In this document: positions 1 to 17,125 of the stretch, in pieces
How positions within the stretch are numbered: the first letter of the stretch is position 1
Layout: each line of letters begins with the position of its first letter
From: Piromyces finnis finn
Lineage: Eukaryota > Fungi > Neocallimastigomycota
Assembly (NCBI GenBank): GCA_002104945.1
Contig: MCFH01000050.1
Coordinates: 1-64,000 of the forward strand
Length of the DNA stretch: 64,000 nt
Direction: 5' to 3'
Position numbers and translations under genes: made by a program
Notes under the pieces: model-generated
What the model was told of the DNA's origin: nothing
Databases searched by the model: none
Seen by the model: only the letters and a program-made list of their open reading frames with translations

Positions 1-1796
1 AATAATAAAATTATAATATTACTAGTTGTGACTTTATTTTTTTATTATTACGCTTTTTTAACTTAATTTTTTCTTCTTCACGTTTTCTTTTAAACTTAAC
101 TATATATATTAAAGATTATAATAAGAAAGTCCATACATAAATATAAAGATTAATAAATATATTTAATATTTATGATCATAATTAAATATATAAATATAGA
201 TATATAACAATACCATTATCTTTATTTTTTTTATCACTAATTATCCTTGGTGTATAATATTTTAACCAATATATTAAACATTCTTCACACATTGTTTGAG
301 AAATACTATTTTCATCCGGAGTTATTTGAATGTGGCAATTAGAACATAAGATTTCTTCATATATCTTTTCTTCTTCGTCTTTTTTATTATTATTTTTATT
401 TATATTTTTGTTATTACTACTGTTATCTTTTTTTTTAATTTCAATTAATTTATTTTCATTTTCTATTTTATTCTCATTGTGTAATTCATTGTCCATATTT
501 TCGTTATTTCCAAAATTTTTTCTTTTTTCAATATCTGAAAATATTTTTCTATAAATCAATAAATAATAATAATATAATACAAAATATTTTTATATAAAAT
601 TATTGTTATTATTACAAAAAAAAAAAAAAAAAAAAAAAAATTAAAATTACATATAAATATATATATATAATTACCCCGGCCTATGAACTTTACAAAATTG
701 ATAATAAATTGATTTATATCTAGGCGTTTTTTTCCATATATAAAAATATTGAACAATGTCTTTTCTTCTTTTTGTTGGAACTTCTTGCTTCACATATTGA
801 AGTTCATGCCCATACTTCATCTTAATTTATAATATGAAAAAGCATAATGATAACAATTAAAATCAGAATTATATAATAAAAATCATAATATTATATAGCA
901 ACTTACAATTGCATTTTCAAATTGTTCTATTTCGGTTTTCGACCACGTTGGTAAATCTAAGTCTTTTAATGTTATATTTCTCATTATTGATAAAGATTTA
1001 TCAATATCATATTTGCTTTTATGTAATTCTAATAATGCACGATCAAATAAATCCATGTTTTTAATTTCTTGATGATATTCTTTAATATCTTTTACATATT
1101 TATTAACTTTTTCATCTTTCCATTCATCGGGTTTTGAATATACTAATTCATATTTACTTCCACGTAACACCACAGGTGTTTCCTCTACAATTATTTTTTA
1201 AATTTATAATAAATATATTATATTATATTTCTTATATATTATATATAATATTACTACAGTATATGTGTATATATAATAATATTATTAACATTAACCTTTA
1301 AATTTTGGTCGCTTTTTTTTTCCTTTATTTTTTGAATTACCATAATTTCGCTCTTGGCTTTCATTCTCTAATGATGCATCATATTTTTCAATTTCTTTAT
1401 CAATATTTATTTGTTTTTGTTCTTCAATCTCTTCTGGTGTGAGTAAATCTGGTATATCAGATTGATACTTTTTACCAATTCTACTACATGTCTTTGGATA
1501 AATGTCAGTTGGATCAATATTATCTTTTCATTATAATAACAATTACACATTTTAGTAATTGATAATTAATATATATTTGTATATTAATCAACTATTTTAA
1601 TTTATTTATTAACTTTAATTACCAGTTAAAAATGATTCTCTTCGAGAAATATCACCAAAATATATATATGGCCATTTTGGTTCTTCAAATTTATCTTTTT
1701 TTTTTTTTTTTGGATAATATAGTTAAAATATAAATGATTAATGAATGTATATATATATGTATATATGTATATATATTCATTTATTCATTTATTCAT

Positions 1797-1835
<39 letters not shown>

Positions 1836-3182
1836 TTCATACCTGCATTTGGCGGTATTAGATTTCTCTTTGGTGGTGGTTCATTTTTTTCTCTTTCTCG
1901 TTGTTCTTTTGCTTTCTGAACAATTTCTTCTAATTTTTTATTAACATTTTTAGAAACCTTTACAGGATAACTCCTAAATTCATCTAATTTCATTCCTGTT
2001 GTATCCTCGTTTTCACTTTCTTGCTCAAAATCTGCTATTGCTGATAAACACTCAGGACATACCCAACCATATCCTTTTGGTGGTTTCTTCGTTAAAGGTG
2101 GGTCGATACAATACATATGAAATTTTCTATGGCAATGTAAACAGTCTAATAGAACTTCGTTATCAACCCAGTTGCTACAAATAGTACATTCTCTTTTTTC
2201 AACAAAATCTGAAGCTTTTCCTTCGTCAACTACAATAAACTTATATGGATAAAATGCTTGAATTAAAGTATCTGATAAATTTCTAATATGTTCAATAGGA
2301 ATAACATCATATAATCTCTGGCTATATCTATCATACAACTTATTATAATAAAAAGTGTCTTCACGTTGTTTATAAGCTTCTAAATCATCAATAAGACTAC
2401 TATGTTTTATTATACATTTTCCTCTTATACTTGATATTGGGTTAATATCATAATGCATTGTTGCCACTATATTATTTCATTAATACAAATAATTATAACA
2501 ATAATTACAATAAATTACTTAATTTAGTATACTTTATAACTATTGAATTATAGAATTGTATTAATAATACAAATTAGAATTTAACATTAAATTTTTATAT
2601 GAAATTTCAAATATAATTATATTATTAATGAAATTTCAATAAATTTAATATATTAAATTATACAATAAAAATGGTATAAAATATATATAATTACATAATA
2701 ATCTTGGATGGAAACTTTTCTTCTTTCCTAATATATCTTTTGGTCTAAAATACCAAGCTATTTTTGCTTGAGTTATTGCACCATTCTGATCCTTTACGAA
2801 TTCCATTATTCGACCTAAGTAGTAAGCTTCATTTACATTTTCAGGACTATTTAATATTTAGAATATTAATATTTATAATAGCCATAATTAATATATTAAA
2901 TGAATTATTTTAAATAAAATATATGAATAACTATATTATGATTTATATAATAACTTACGCAAGATAAACAGTATCTAATAATAACAATTAATAAAATTTT
3001 AAATCCATCAATATTAAATAAAATCATATAAATTCAATAATTGAAAAATGTATATAATACAATACCATTTAATTCATACACTATATCTCCTTCTTTGACC
3101 TTTCTCACTAATAAAAATAATAAATATTAAATATATTAAATGTTATAATTTTAGCTTTTTATATTTGTACATGACCTGTCAT
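1..3182 (-). CDS. SNT2: SNT2-like chromatin E3 ligase (BAH-PHD-ELM2-SANT-Zn finger); multi-exon, 3' end runs off the left window edge
   Basis: Hand-spliced from ATG at 3182: MTVRKVKEGD..DTVYLAPENVNEAYYLGRIMEF..WYFRPKD..ATMHYDINPISSIRGKC (BAH); CTICS..CLHC..FHMYCIDPPLTKKPPKGYGWVCPEC (PHD); IYPKTCSRIGKKYQSDIP (ELM2); WSKTEIEQFENAI..KYGHEL..YFYIWKKT (SANT); CSNC..CEECLIYWLKY. GT-AG phases are consistent at the junctions checked; the last visible exon (~22-99) appears to end at a donor site. Confidence 0.9.
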
Positions 3183-3998
3183 TTAATATAACTAAAAAAA
3201 AAAAAAAATACCTTTTAATTCTTTATTCATTTAGTAATTATTACTTCCACTATAGTTATTATGTTACAAAATTAATAATTAAATAATTATTTAACTTATT
3301 TACTCTTGTTAATATAAATTTTATTTACATAAAATTTACATGAACAATGAAATTCAAAAATGCTTATTTTTTAGAAATATAATAAATAGGTTATCTTTAT
3401 GAATATAAAGAAAATATCTATTTTATAATATCATTATATTGAATAATTTAATTATTAAAAATAAAAAAAAATAAAAAATAGAAATTAAATTGAAAAAGAA
3501 AAATTAAATTATTTTATTATAAAATAATTTCTCACAATAATGGGTATATGAACAGTTAATGTTGAATTTATTTTATATTATAAAATAAATTCTTTCAAAA
3601 AATAATTATATTATAATTTATTATATTATAATTTTTTATTTTTAAAATATCTTCTTAAATTTATTTTGGTTTTAGTTTTATATTTATATTAATATGTTTT
3701 TGATACTGATAAGTTCTTTACACTTATTGATATTTTTCTCGTTTTTTCAATACTAACATTTTGTTAAAAAAAATAAAAAAAAAAAAAAAAAAAATTAATT
3801 TATTTTATGAGATGAGATTTTCTTATTCATAAGGGTTAAGTTTATTATTTTAATCCTTGGATTAGGTTTATTGTTTTTTAAAATTTATTTAATCTAATCA
3901 TAACCCATATATTGATTAATTTTTTATTATAATTTTGTTATTCTTTGAAATTTATTTATTTATTTTGTCCAAACTTTGAAAACTTGTTATTTAATATT

Positions 3999-4365
3999 TC
4001 AATATTTTATGATAATATAAACTTCATTGTTATTATATTATTATTAAATAATTATAAAATATTTAAAAATTAGCTTTATTTTATTTTGTTTTATTTAATA
4101 ATATTTTAAATGAATAATATTCTTACAAGCATGAATAATACCACATATATATAATCCTAATATTGTCAATAAAACATTAATCAAAAGATCTTTTCCACAT
4201 CCTCTATAATAGTTATTTTAGAAATGTTAATTTGTTTATTTATTCATATATTACAGAATCATCATAATATTTAATTATAAAGTATTACTTCTCAAGAAAT
4301 ACACCCAATGGTGGAAAAATTAGAGCAAAAATAAATTTAAAGATATCACTAAATGTTAAAGCCAT
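3999..4365 (-). CDS. PMP3: Pmp3/UPF0057 plasma-membrane proteolipid (3 exons, under 60 aa)
   Basis: Absent from the ORF track. Spliced product MALTFSDIFKFIFALIFPPLGVFLEK|GCGKDLLINVLLTILGLYICGIIHA|FYIIIKY*, ATG at 4365, TGA at 3999-4001, canonical GT-AG introns. Matches the Pmp3 pattern (FPPLGV..GCG.DL.IN.LLT.LG...G..HA). Confidence 0.93.
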
Positions 4366-5863
4366 TATATTTTCAAAAATAAAATATGCTTAAATGTAAA
4401 TTTAAATTATAATAATGAAATTAAAGAAAAATCAACTATATTTATATTTATATATTTTTTTCTTTATAATAAAAATTAAAATAAATAAGAATGAATATTA
4501 CAAAATAAATTTTAAAGTTAAAAAAAAAAGATATTAATTAAGAATTTAAATTTTATAGTATTCTTTAACAATAAAAAGTTTATTATTAAATATCTAATTA
4601 TTTCATCAAAAGCTATAAAATTTAGATTTTTTTTTTTTATATTATAGAAAGAAAATTAATTTAGTCTAAAAAGAAATTAGGCTTTTTGAAGTGCTAAAAA
4701 ATAAAATTAAGCATTAGATAATAACTTTTTATGAATTTGAATTTTATTTGAAAATAAAAGCTATTTTTTAATATGTGCCGTTTTTTTCTAAATAAGGTAT
4801 TTTTAAAATGATAATAATAAATATTAATGATATACGTATAATATATACTAATAATTATAAATGTATACATTAATATTATTTAATAGTGCTATTTAAAAAT
4901 TTGATACTTCTATCAGCATTATTTAATTTTAATAACAAGAACAACTATAATTATATATATTTTAATGATGAATGATTATTTAATTTGTCTAATTAACAAA
5001 ATTATTTAATTATAATCACAAGAAATAAATTATAACCCATTTCAAATTATATTTTACACTTTCTCTTTCAGTAAAAATTTATTATTTTATTACATAATAA
5101 ACACATTAAGCATCAACCAAAAGCAATTTATAATAAAATATATTACAATAATATTTAATTAATTATTTTTTTTTTTCAATATATTATTATATTACACAAA
5201 GATTTCACAAATACTTAATCACACACATTTTTTTAAAATAAAGTAATTATTGTATAAGTAAATAAACTTTATTATATATTAAAATAATTTTAACACATTT
5301 TTTTAAAAGATAAAATTTAAAACTGTTTCAAATTTTTTTTTTTATTAAACAATACAATATTGGGTAAACTATTTATTGCTATATATTCCTTTTTTATTAT
5401 ATATATAAGTAATATATATAAAAGAAGAAATAAATAGGTAGAAATGCATCTTAAGAACAAAGAATATATATACAAAAAAGTGAAATAAAAAGATATCAAT
5501 ATATCAATATATAATAAATAAAAAAGTTTATAAAAAGATATGGAATATTTTATAGGTTATACTTTTTATTAAATGTCATTAAAAAATATATTAATGTAAC
5601 ACCATAATTCAATATATTAAAGTATATTAATGGAAATTAAAATTTTAGTATTATTATAGTAATACTATAAAATTAAGATTTATACTTTTTATTTTATTTT
5701 ATTTTTATTTTTACTTTTTTTTTTTTTTTCTAAGATATAAAAGAAAGATATATATATATATATATTTTTTTTTACATATAGTTACAATTATTTATTAAAA
5801 CTGGAAAATTTTCTATTAATTTACAATTTAAATAAATTACTAATTGTAATAAATATAAATATA

Positions 5864-7362
5864 ATGAAATTGGAAAAGAAAGGTATATTATTATATATAT
5901 TAATATCTTATTTATGTGTATATTTAAAAAGAGAGTGAAACTATGATATTGATTAAAATGCTAAAAAAGTTATAAAGAGTTAATGCAACAAAAATTAAAA
6001 TTAATAGTAAAATTAATTTATTAGTTAAATTATAATTAATTAGTTTAAAATGAAATATTATGTTTTATTTAAAATGAAAATTGTTATATTAAACTAAATA
6101 TATTAATAATAATATATAAAGGTATAAAATGTACCATTTATCTTGATGAATTTTTTTGTAATAAAGATCCAAATTGTGGATGGTGCAATGAATTGAAATG
6201 TACACCAACTTTAGGAAAACCCATTTCTTCAATTTGCCCAACACGATCTAATTGTAATCCGACTTCTCAAAATTGTTATACAGGAAGATATGATAAAAAT
6301 GGTTGGAAATTTGACTCGAATCCAGATTGTACAAATTTAAAATGTTCTGGTTATTATTTATGTGGTTCAGATTGTCAAAACGCTATTAGTTCTCAATGGA
6401 CAGGTATGTAATAAGCAATATATTAAAATTAATACTAAAATAGCAAAGATATTAATATATTAATATATTAATATATATATTAATAATATGTAGTTGATAA
6501 TTCTGGAAAAAAGATAAATAATAAAAATAACAATAATAAGGTTTCAAATAATAATTCAAACAATAATATAAATAAGAATAAAAACAATAATAATATAAAC
6601 AATCGTCCAAGTAGTAATAATGGAAATAATGAAAATGCTATAAATAATAGTATAAATAATAGTGCTATTTCTTTTTCAAGTAACAATGATGCGAATAATA
6701 ACTTAAATGGTGTGAATGTGAATGTAAGTACAGCTACATCTATCAATTCTAATTCTAATACCGGATCCAATGTTAATATTAAATCTAATAATAGTAGTAA
6801 TAATACAAAAAGTAATCAATCAAATTTAAATTTAAATAGTAGTGGTAGTAGTAAGAATAATGAAAGAATAAAAATTAATAAGAATAATAATACCATCAAT
6901 ACTAATAATAATAATAATACAAATATATCTAGTAAAAATGGTCTTAATCAAAATACCGACAATTCATTTTATTCGTCAAATAATTTACTTAATTCAAATG
7001 AATTACCATTACCTACTTTAAATAATCCATCTATTTCAAATAATCCATTAACTGTTGATAATAATAATATTAATGATATCAATTCAAATCAATATTTAAA
7101 TATATCATCATCTTCAAATTCAAAGGAAGCAATTAAATACAATTCTAATAAATTTAACTATAGGAATTTAATACCAATAGCGGTTCCTATATTGTTCATT
7201 GCATTTTTTGGAATACTTTTTGTTAAGAAAAACAAGATAGCTAAATCTATAAGAAAAATATTTAAACCTTCAAAAGAAGATTTCAGTAGTAATTTTAATA
7301 TGAGGAAATTTACGGATGTTGGAAATAGTTTTACTTATTATCGATATTCCCGTCAATATTAA
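5864..7362 (+). CDS. Type I membrane protein: PSI-like Cys-rich ectodomain, Asn/Ser-rich stalk, one TM helix, short tail
   Basis: Exon ~6122-6405 encodes KCTIYLDEFFCNKDPNCGWCNELKC...CPTRSNC...C...C...C..CGSDCQ and splices in phase to exon 6494-7362 (N/S-rich, TM LIPIAVPILFIAFFGILFV, then KKNK). The start at 5864 (MKLEKKGILLYILISYLC, signal-like) is tentative. Confidence 0.7.
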
Positions 7363-7967
7363 AAAAAGTATATGCATATATGCATATATATATTTTGCAT
7401 TTACTTTTAATGTACATAAATTTTAAAAAAAGTTGTATTTTTTATTGAATATAGTTTTATTATTTATAGATTCATTTTGTTAAATAACATTAAGATTTTA
7501 TTGTCAAGTTAGAAATTATAATAAATAGAATAAAACAGAAAATCTAAGTAATAATTAAATAATTAAGATAATAAATAATAGAAAAACTAAAAAATAATTT
7601 TGTATATATAATGAAATGTTAATAATAAATATTAAAAAAAAAAAAAAATCAATATTTTAATTTTTATTAATCAATGTTGATATAAATTTTTATATTAATA
7701 ATTTTAAATAATATAAATTATAATACTTAATATTATATATATATTTTTCTCAAAGTTTACTTCTTAAATTTTCGTAAATTATATTCTCTTTTTTTTAATT
7801 AATGAGCTTTTATTTTATTGGCTAATATTAATGAAATTAAGAAAAATTAAATTTGTAATTAGTATTTTTATTATTTATAAAGCTTTTTTTTTTTAATTTT
7901 TTTTTATTTTATTTTTATATTTATTTTTTTCTTTTTCAATTAAAACTTCATAAAGAAAAAATAAAAG

Positions 7968-9243
7968 ATGTTTCCATCCACATCAACTTCTAACAACCTT
8001 GTTAAAAATGCTGTCATGAACGGTGCTCGCTTCTTATCTTCATCTATCAATCCAGCTACTACCGCTGTTTTTGTTTGTGATATTCAAGAAAATTTTAAGT
8101 ATGTTTATATTTTTATTTTTTTTAATGTATTATTCATTTTGTTAATTTAAATATATTTAACTTTTTTTTTTTTATTAAAATAATTTAAAAAGAAATCACA
8201 TTTATGGTTTTAAAAATATGGTTAATACTGCAAGCAAAATGGTACATATTATATTAACATATATAGTTATAAATTAAAAAATTTACATTAATTTATTATA
8301 AATTTAATATTAAATAAATATATATTATGTAAACACTTATAGTGCAGAATTGCTAATCAATTTGAAATTCCAATTATTGTAACTGAACAAGTAAAGTTGA
8401 AAAAAAATATTATTAGAATAAATTACTATTGATTTTTTCTAAATATATTATTTATTTTATATTATCTATAAATAATGATTTTATATATAAAATTATTTAT
8501 AAAAACTTTTTATAGCATCCAAAAGGTAAAACAGTAAAGTATAAATTTAAAGTTATTGTATTTAAATATTTACATTTCATTATTGCTTATTACCTTAGCA
8601 TTTGGAAAAACTGTTCAAGAAATTGATATTTCCAAGGCTGCTCTCGTTCAAGAAAAAAGCAAATTTTCCATGTTAACCCCAGAAATAAAAGATTTAATTC
8701 ATAACCGTTTCAAGACAAAGTCTGTTATTTTATGTGGTTTAGAAGTAATAATTGAAATAAATAAAAATAATTTATTAATAATAAATTATTCTTTTAACTA
8801 TTAATATAAAAAATATTTATATATTAATCTTTTGTCATATTCTATACCATAATTTATATAATAATAAAAGTCTCATGTTTGTATTCTTCAAACTACTCTT
8901 GATTTAATAAAAGAAGGTATTGATGTATATATTTTAGCTGATGGTGTATCTTCTATTAATAAATCTGAAATCGACATTGCTAGAAAGGTAGAAATAAAAA
9001 TAATACTATCTCAATAAATATTAATAAGCTTTTTATTTATATTAATAATTTCATTTAATAATATAACTTAAACAGAGATGTATGATGTCTGGTGCTTCTA
9101 TCACTAGTACTGAATCTCTTTTATTCCAACTTCTTGGTGATGCTAAAAATCCAAACTTTAAGTTTGCCAATAAATTAATTAAGGAAACTAAAGAAACTAC
9201 TAAGGAAGCAATGGATTGTTTTGTTAGAGATTTATACAAATAA
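7968..9243 (+). CDS. Isochorismatase-domain protein (ISOC1/ISOC2-like cysteine hydrolase)
   Basis: Spliced: [20 protein letters not shown]|HPK|[21 protein letters not shown]|[46 protein letters not shown]. Contains a 10-nt micro-exon (8517-8526). Stop at 9241-9243. Confidence 0.92.
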
Positions 9244-9900
9244 ATTTTTAGAAGAGAAAAAAAAGTTTAATTGAAATATATTAGTAAATTGTAACATTAT
9301 GTAAGAAAACTAATTCTTAAAAAAAAATCAATAATATAATAATTAAAACATTTCAATTTCATTAAATCAATAATAAGCTAAAAATAAAAAACAACAACAT
9401 CAAAAAAAATAATAATAATTAAAAAAAAAAAAAAAAGAAAAAAAGAAAACAAATAAAATTAAGTAACTAACAGAAACATAATTATTATTGTACAATAATG
9501 ATTTTTTTTTTTTTTTTTAGATTATATATATTAAAAAAAGTCAATAAAATAATAATAGTAATATAATAATAATAATAAACAAATTTAATGATTATTTACA
9601 ATAGGAATAAATTTAATTGAAAAATTTTTTATATATTTTATTCGAAAATATATTTTAATTAAAATAATAAAAATAAGTAATAATAATAAAAATTATAAAA
9701 TAGTAATGTATGTATATATATTATTTAATAATTATTATATTGTTTATTTAATTTTAATTATAGAAAATTAGAAAATTATTTTATTGTTTAATAACATAAA
9801 TTTATTTTTTATTTAATAATAAGCAGTAAATAATTTTTTATTTAATTTTAAATTTTTATTTAATTAAAATAAATCATCACAATGTAATATAATTCTAAAT

Positions 9901-13591
<3,691 letters not shown>

Positions 13592-14173
13592 AATTATTTT
13601 TCTCTTTTTATTAACTTAATTTAGATGACTTTCTTCTTCTTAATTATTAAAAAAAAACTATTATCAATAATCTATGTTATTACTCTTTATAATAAAATGA
13701 GGTAAGAATAAAAATAAAAATTTATAGAAAATGAATTTCAAATTTTAATAGAAATTATACTTTTTTTTTTTTTTTTTTTAAAAAAAAAACAATCTGAATA
13801 AATATTTTTTTTTATTTTAATTATCTTAATGAAATAATAATAGTAAATATATATTATTGATTTAGATTTAATTATTATCACTGTTATTAATATTGATGAT
13901 ACATCCTCTTAATTTAAAAAAGATAAATATATGTAATATATAGTTTTAATATCAAATTAAAATTTTAAGTTTATGATAGACAAATAATATTTAATTTAAA
14001 AATTGTAAAAAATAAAAAAAAAAAAATACATTAAAAATAATTATTATAAAATAAAACAATAACAATTTATATAAAAGTTTTAATATTTATAATATTTATA
14101 TATATTAAAGTATATATATATAAAGGATTTTTTCGATTTTATCAATTATTATTATTATTTTTAATTATTTTTA

Positions 14174-14220
<47 letters not shown>

Positions 14221-14452
14221 TTTTAATAATAAAATAAGAATTAAATTTTTATCTGTTGTTATTTATTTCATAATTTACTTTATTTATTATATATATTTTT
14301 AATTCTAATTATAGTTTTCAATGATATTGAAAAGTGTGTAATAAATTAAATTGTGAGGAAAAAAAAAAAAGGTTATTTTTTATCTTTTTTTTTATCTTTT
14401 TTTTTTTTTTTTTTTTTTTAAAGAATATAATGTTTATTATTTATCATCCCAT

Positions 14453-16355
14453 TTATTCTAAATCCATGTACTTTTTACAAAGTTCGTATATTACATAACT
14501 TATACTAGCTGATGGTACATTCTTAACTAATGTTGGAACTATACCATGATAAAAGCCTCTTATAGATTCACGAGCATATGTTTTTCTAATGACATCCAAA
14601 CTGTTTTTATATCTCATTGGGTGACCCACAGTACCTTGAGCTTGAAGTCTATTAATATCATCAAGATTAAATATAAATATATAAATGTAAATATAAAGTG
14701 TAAAAATAGTAATAATACATTTACTTATATTTTTATTGAATAGATAATAATATTTATTATATATACCTCGTTCTTACGAGAGCAAATGGATAGACCATTG
14801 AAACAGCACAAGCATTTGAAACCATACCAGCACCTAATAAATATATTGGATTAATTTTTGTAATTCTATCTCCTTTTATTCTATTACGATTGACGATATT
14901 TAAATATAATTTTTTTGATTGCTCGTATAAAGTAAAATCAGTAAGGTAGTATGGAAGAGCAGAGGCTACAGCAGGAGTTAATCCACGGAAAAAAGGTCTT
15001 ATTCCACCTTCTTTCCACATATCTTTAGCTATACGTAAAACTAAATTATTTTGCTTTCCTTGTATAGTAGATTTTGCAGTTGCTTTAGTTGTAGAATTAA
15101 CAACTGACTTAGATACTGAGGAAGATGAACTTGAAGCAACAGAATTTGGTGGTGCAAATTTTCCACGTTGAGTTTCACTCATAACACGAGTTTTTAAGGT
15201 TTCAATTGGGAAAATAAAAACTTGTGAAAGTAGACCACCAGCTGCACCAATAGAAATATCCTTTAATACTTTAAGACGTGGGTCTAATTCACCTTCTTTC
15301 TTTCCTTCTTTTAAAGTTTGTTTTAAATTTAAGGCAGGTTTATATGCTTCATATAAATAAAATTTAAGCATAGTTTGTGGTGCAATTTTTAAAACATTTA
15401 AACCATTACCACGCCAGAAAGAGGTTATACCACCATTTTCATAAATAAGCTTTACTCCATCCTTTACTGTTAGTTTTACACCTAAACGAGAATGAGTTTG
15501 GAAAAGAACTCTTAAACGATCTAATGGTGCCGTCATTGTACGACTGACACAACCAGAAATTGCACCTATAATATTCATTTATATTGTTATTATCGATTAT
15601 AAATATATCAAAAAGCAATTAGCTTATTTTATTTCATATATGTATTGATAATTTTATAATAGTTTAAAAATTGAGGGACATTTACTTGCTAAAAGATATT
15701 TTGGGTCTTTTTTATAAGTCTTCTTGTGATTTCTTGTATTATAATAATTATAAACATTTCTAATATTATTAATTTGTGGAGAAAGAATAAAATAATCTTT
15801 ATGATAAAATAATTATATAAATAAATATGTATCTTTAAATTGTCTTTTTTGAATATACTTTTTTTTTTATTTTGAATAATAATTTATTATATAAATTTTT
15901 TGCATACCTTTTAAATCATTGTATGTGATATATTCTTTTTTATTACCGATAGTTTTTATTAAACCTTTAAGATGGGTTTGCTTTATATTTTGGATTTCAG
16001 AATTTTGGAAAGCTTCATTTAAATTATTTAAAGTAATTCCGTTTTTTATTGGTGTTGCATTATTGATAATCTTATTTGAGGAAATAAGTTCATTGTATAA
16101 AGATAATAATTCTTTTTCTTGTTTATTTATAAATTTTGAAAAATCATTGTAGTTAATTTCAACATTATTATTAATATTCTTTGACATTAAATTTATTAAT
16201 TGTAAAGCTTGGCTTGAAGCTATTTTTTTTGGTAATTTATATTCGGTATTTAAATATTCTTCTAATGAACTCTTAGTAATAAAACCAAAGTTATTTTTAT
16301 CTATACTACTGAAAAGGGTTTTTATATTAGTATCATTTTCTTGTTTTTCCGCCAT
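14453..16355 (-). CDS. SAL1: Calcium-binding mitochondrial carrier (ATP-Mg/Pi carrier, SCaMC/Sal1 family)
   Basis: N-terminal EF-hand-like region plus three carrier repeats: GAISGCVSRTMTAPLDRLRV, FWRGNGLNVLKIAP, PIETLKTR, PFALVRTR|LQAQGT..HPMRY, GFYHGIVPTLVKNVPSASISYVIYE. Stop at 14453-14455. Confidence 0.93.
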
Positions 16356-17125
16356 TTTTTCTTATTTTTCTTATTTATTTGTTTTTATATATGTATTTTT
16401 TTTTTTTTTTTTATTTAAATTATTGTTTTTTTATATTAAGCAATAAAATTGCTTTTTAACAAAAGAGAGTAAAATTAATTTATTAATTTTTATAATTTAT
16501 TATTAATTATATTTAAATATTTTAAATTATGTTTTTAGTTAATAATGGAAACTATTAAAAATTACAATAATCATTTAACTTTTATATTTCTTTTTTTCTC
16601 TTTCTTTTTTTTTTTATCTACAAGTATTAGCAGTAATATAAAAATTTTATTTTTTTTAAAGTTTATAAAAATTTATCCAATCCAATATATTTTAAATATA
16701 TATTAAAAAATTTAAATAAAAATGTTGTATGATTTTTTAAATTGCACATTAATGTAATTACATAACATAAAAAGTTTACATTCTAATACATTGCAAATAT
16801 TTTTAAATATTGAACCTTTAAATTAATTAAAAGTATAATACACATTTCATATTTAAATATATATTATGCTTTTTTTTTATTTTTTATTTTATTTTATTTT
16901 TTATTTTATTTTTTATTTTATAATTTTATTATTATTATAAAAATAAATACTAAAAAAATAAATTTGTATTGAAATTTCATATGAAAATAAAATTATTTTT
17001 ATATGTACTGATTTTTCTATGAAATATTTAATAAATAAAAATAAAATTTTAATTTAAAAATGTATAGTTTATAATTAAATATGATTGATTTGTTTAGTCA
17101 TGTCATTATTATGGTAGCTAAGTTT

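Noticed and set aside
6122-6405. Fungal dockerin or CBM18/hevein domain
   Set aside because: It lacks the dockerin YPCC/WGVEN.WC and hevein CCS..G(W/Y)CG signatures; the CGWC pattern fits PSI-like better.
6480-6770. Hydrophobic antisense ORFs (also 330-554, 15919-16152, 17329-17544, 22942-23133, 24701-24955, 38777-39192, 47053-48424)
   Set aside because: They are shadows on the opposite strand of N/K/E/D-rich real exons.
9618-9628. RRPE-like TGAAAAATTTT motif
   Set aside because: Expected by chance at this AT content and not upstream of a ribosome-biogenesis gene.
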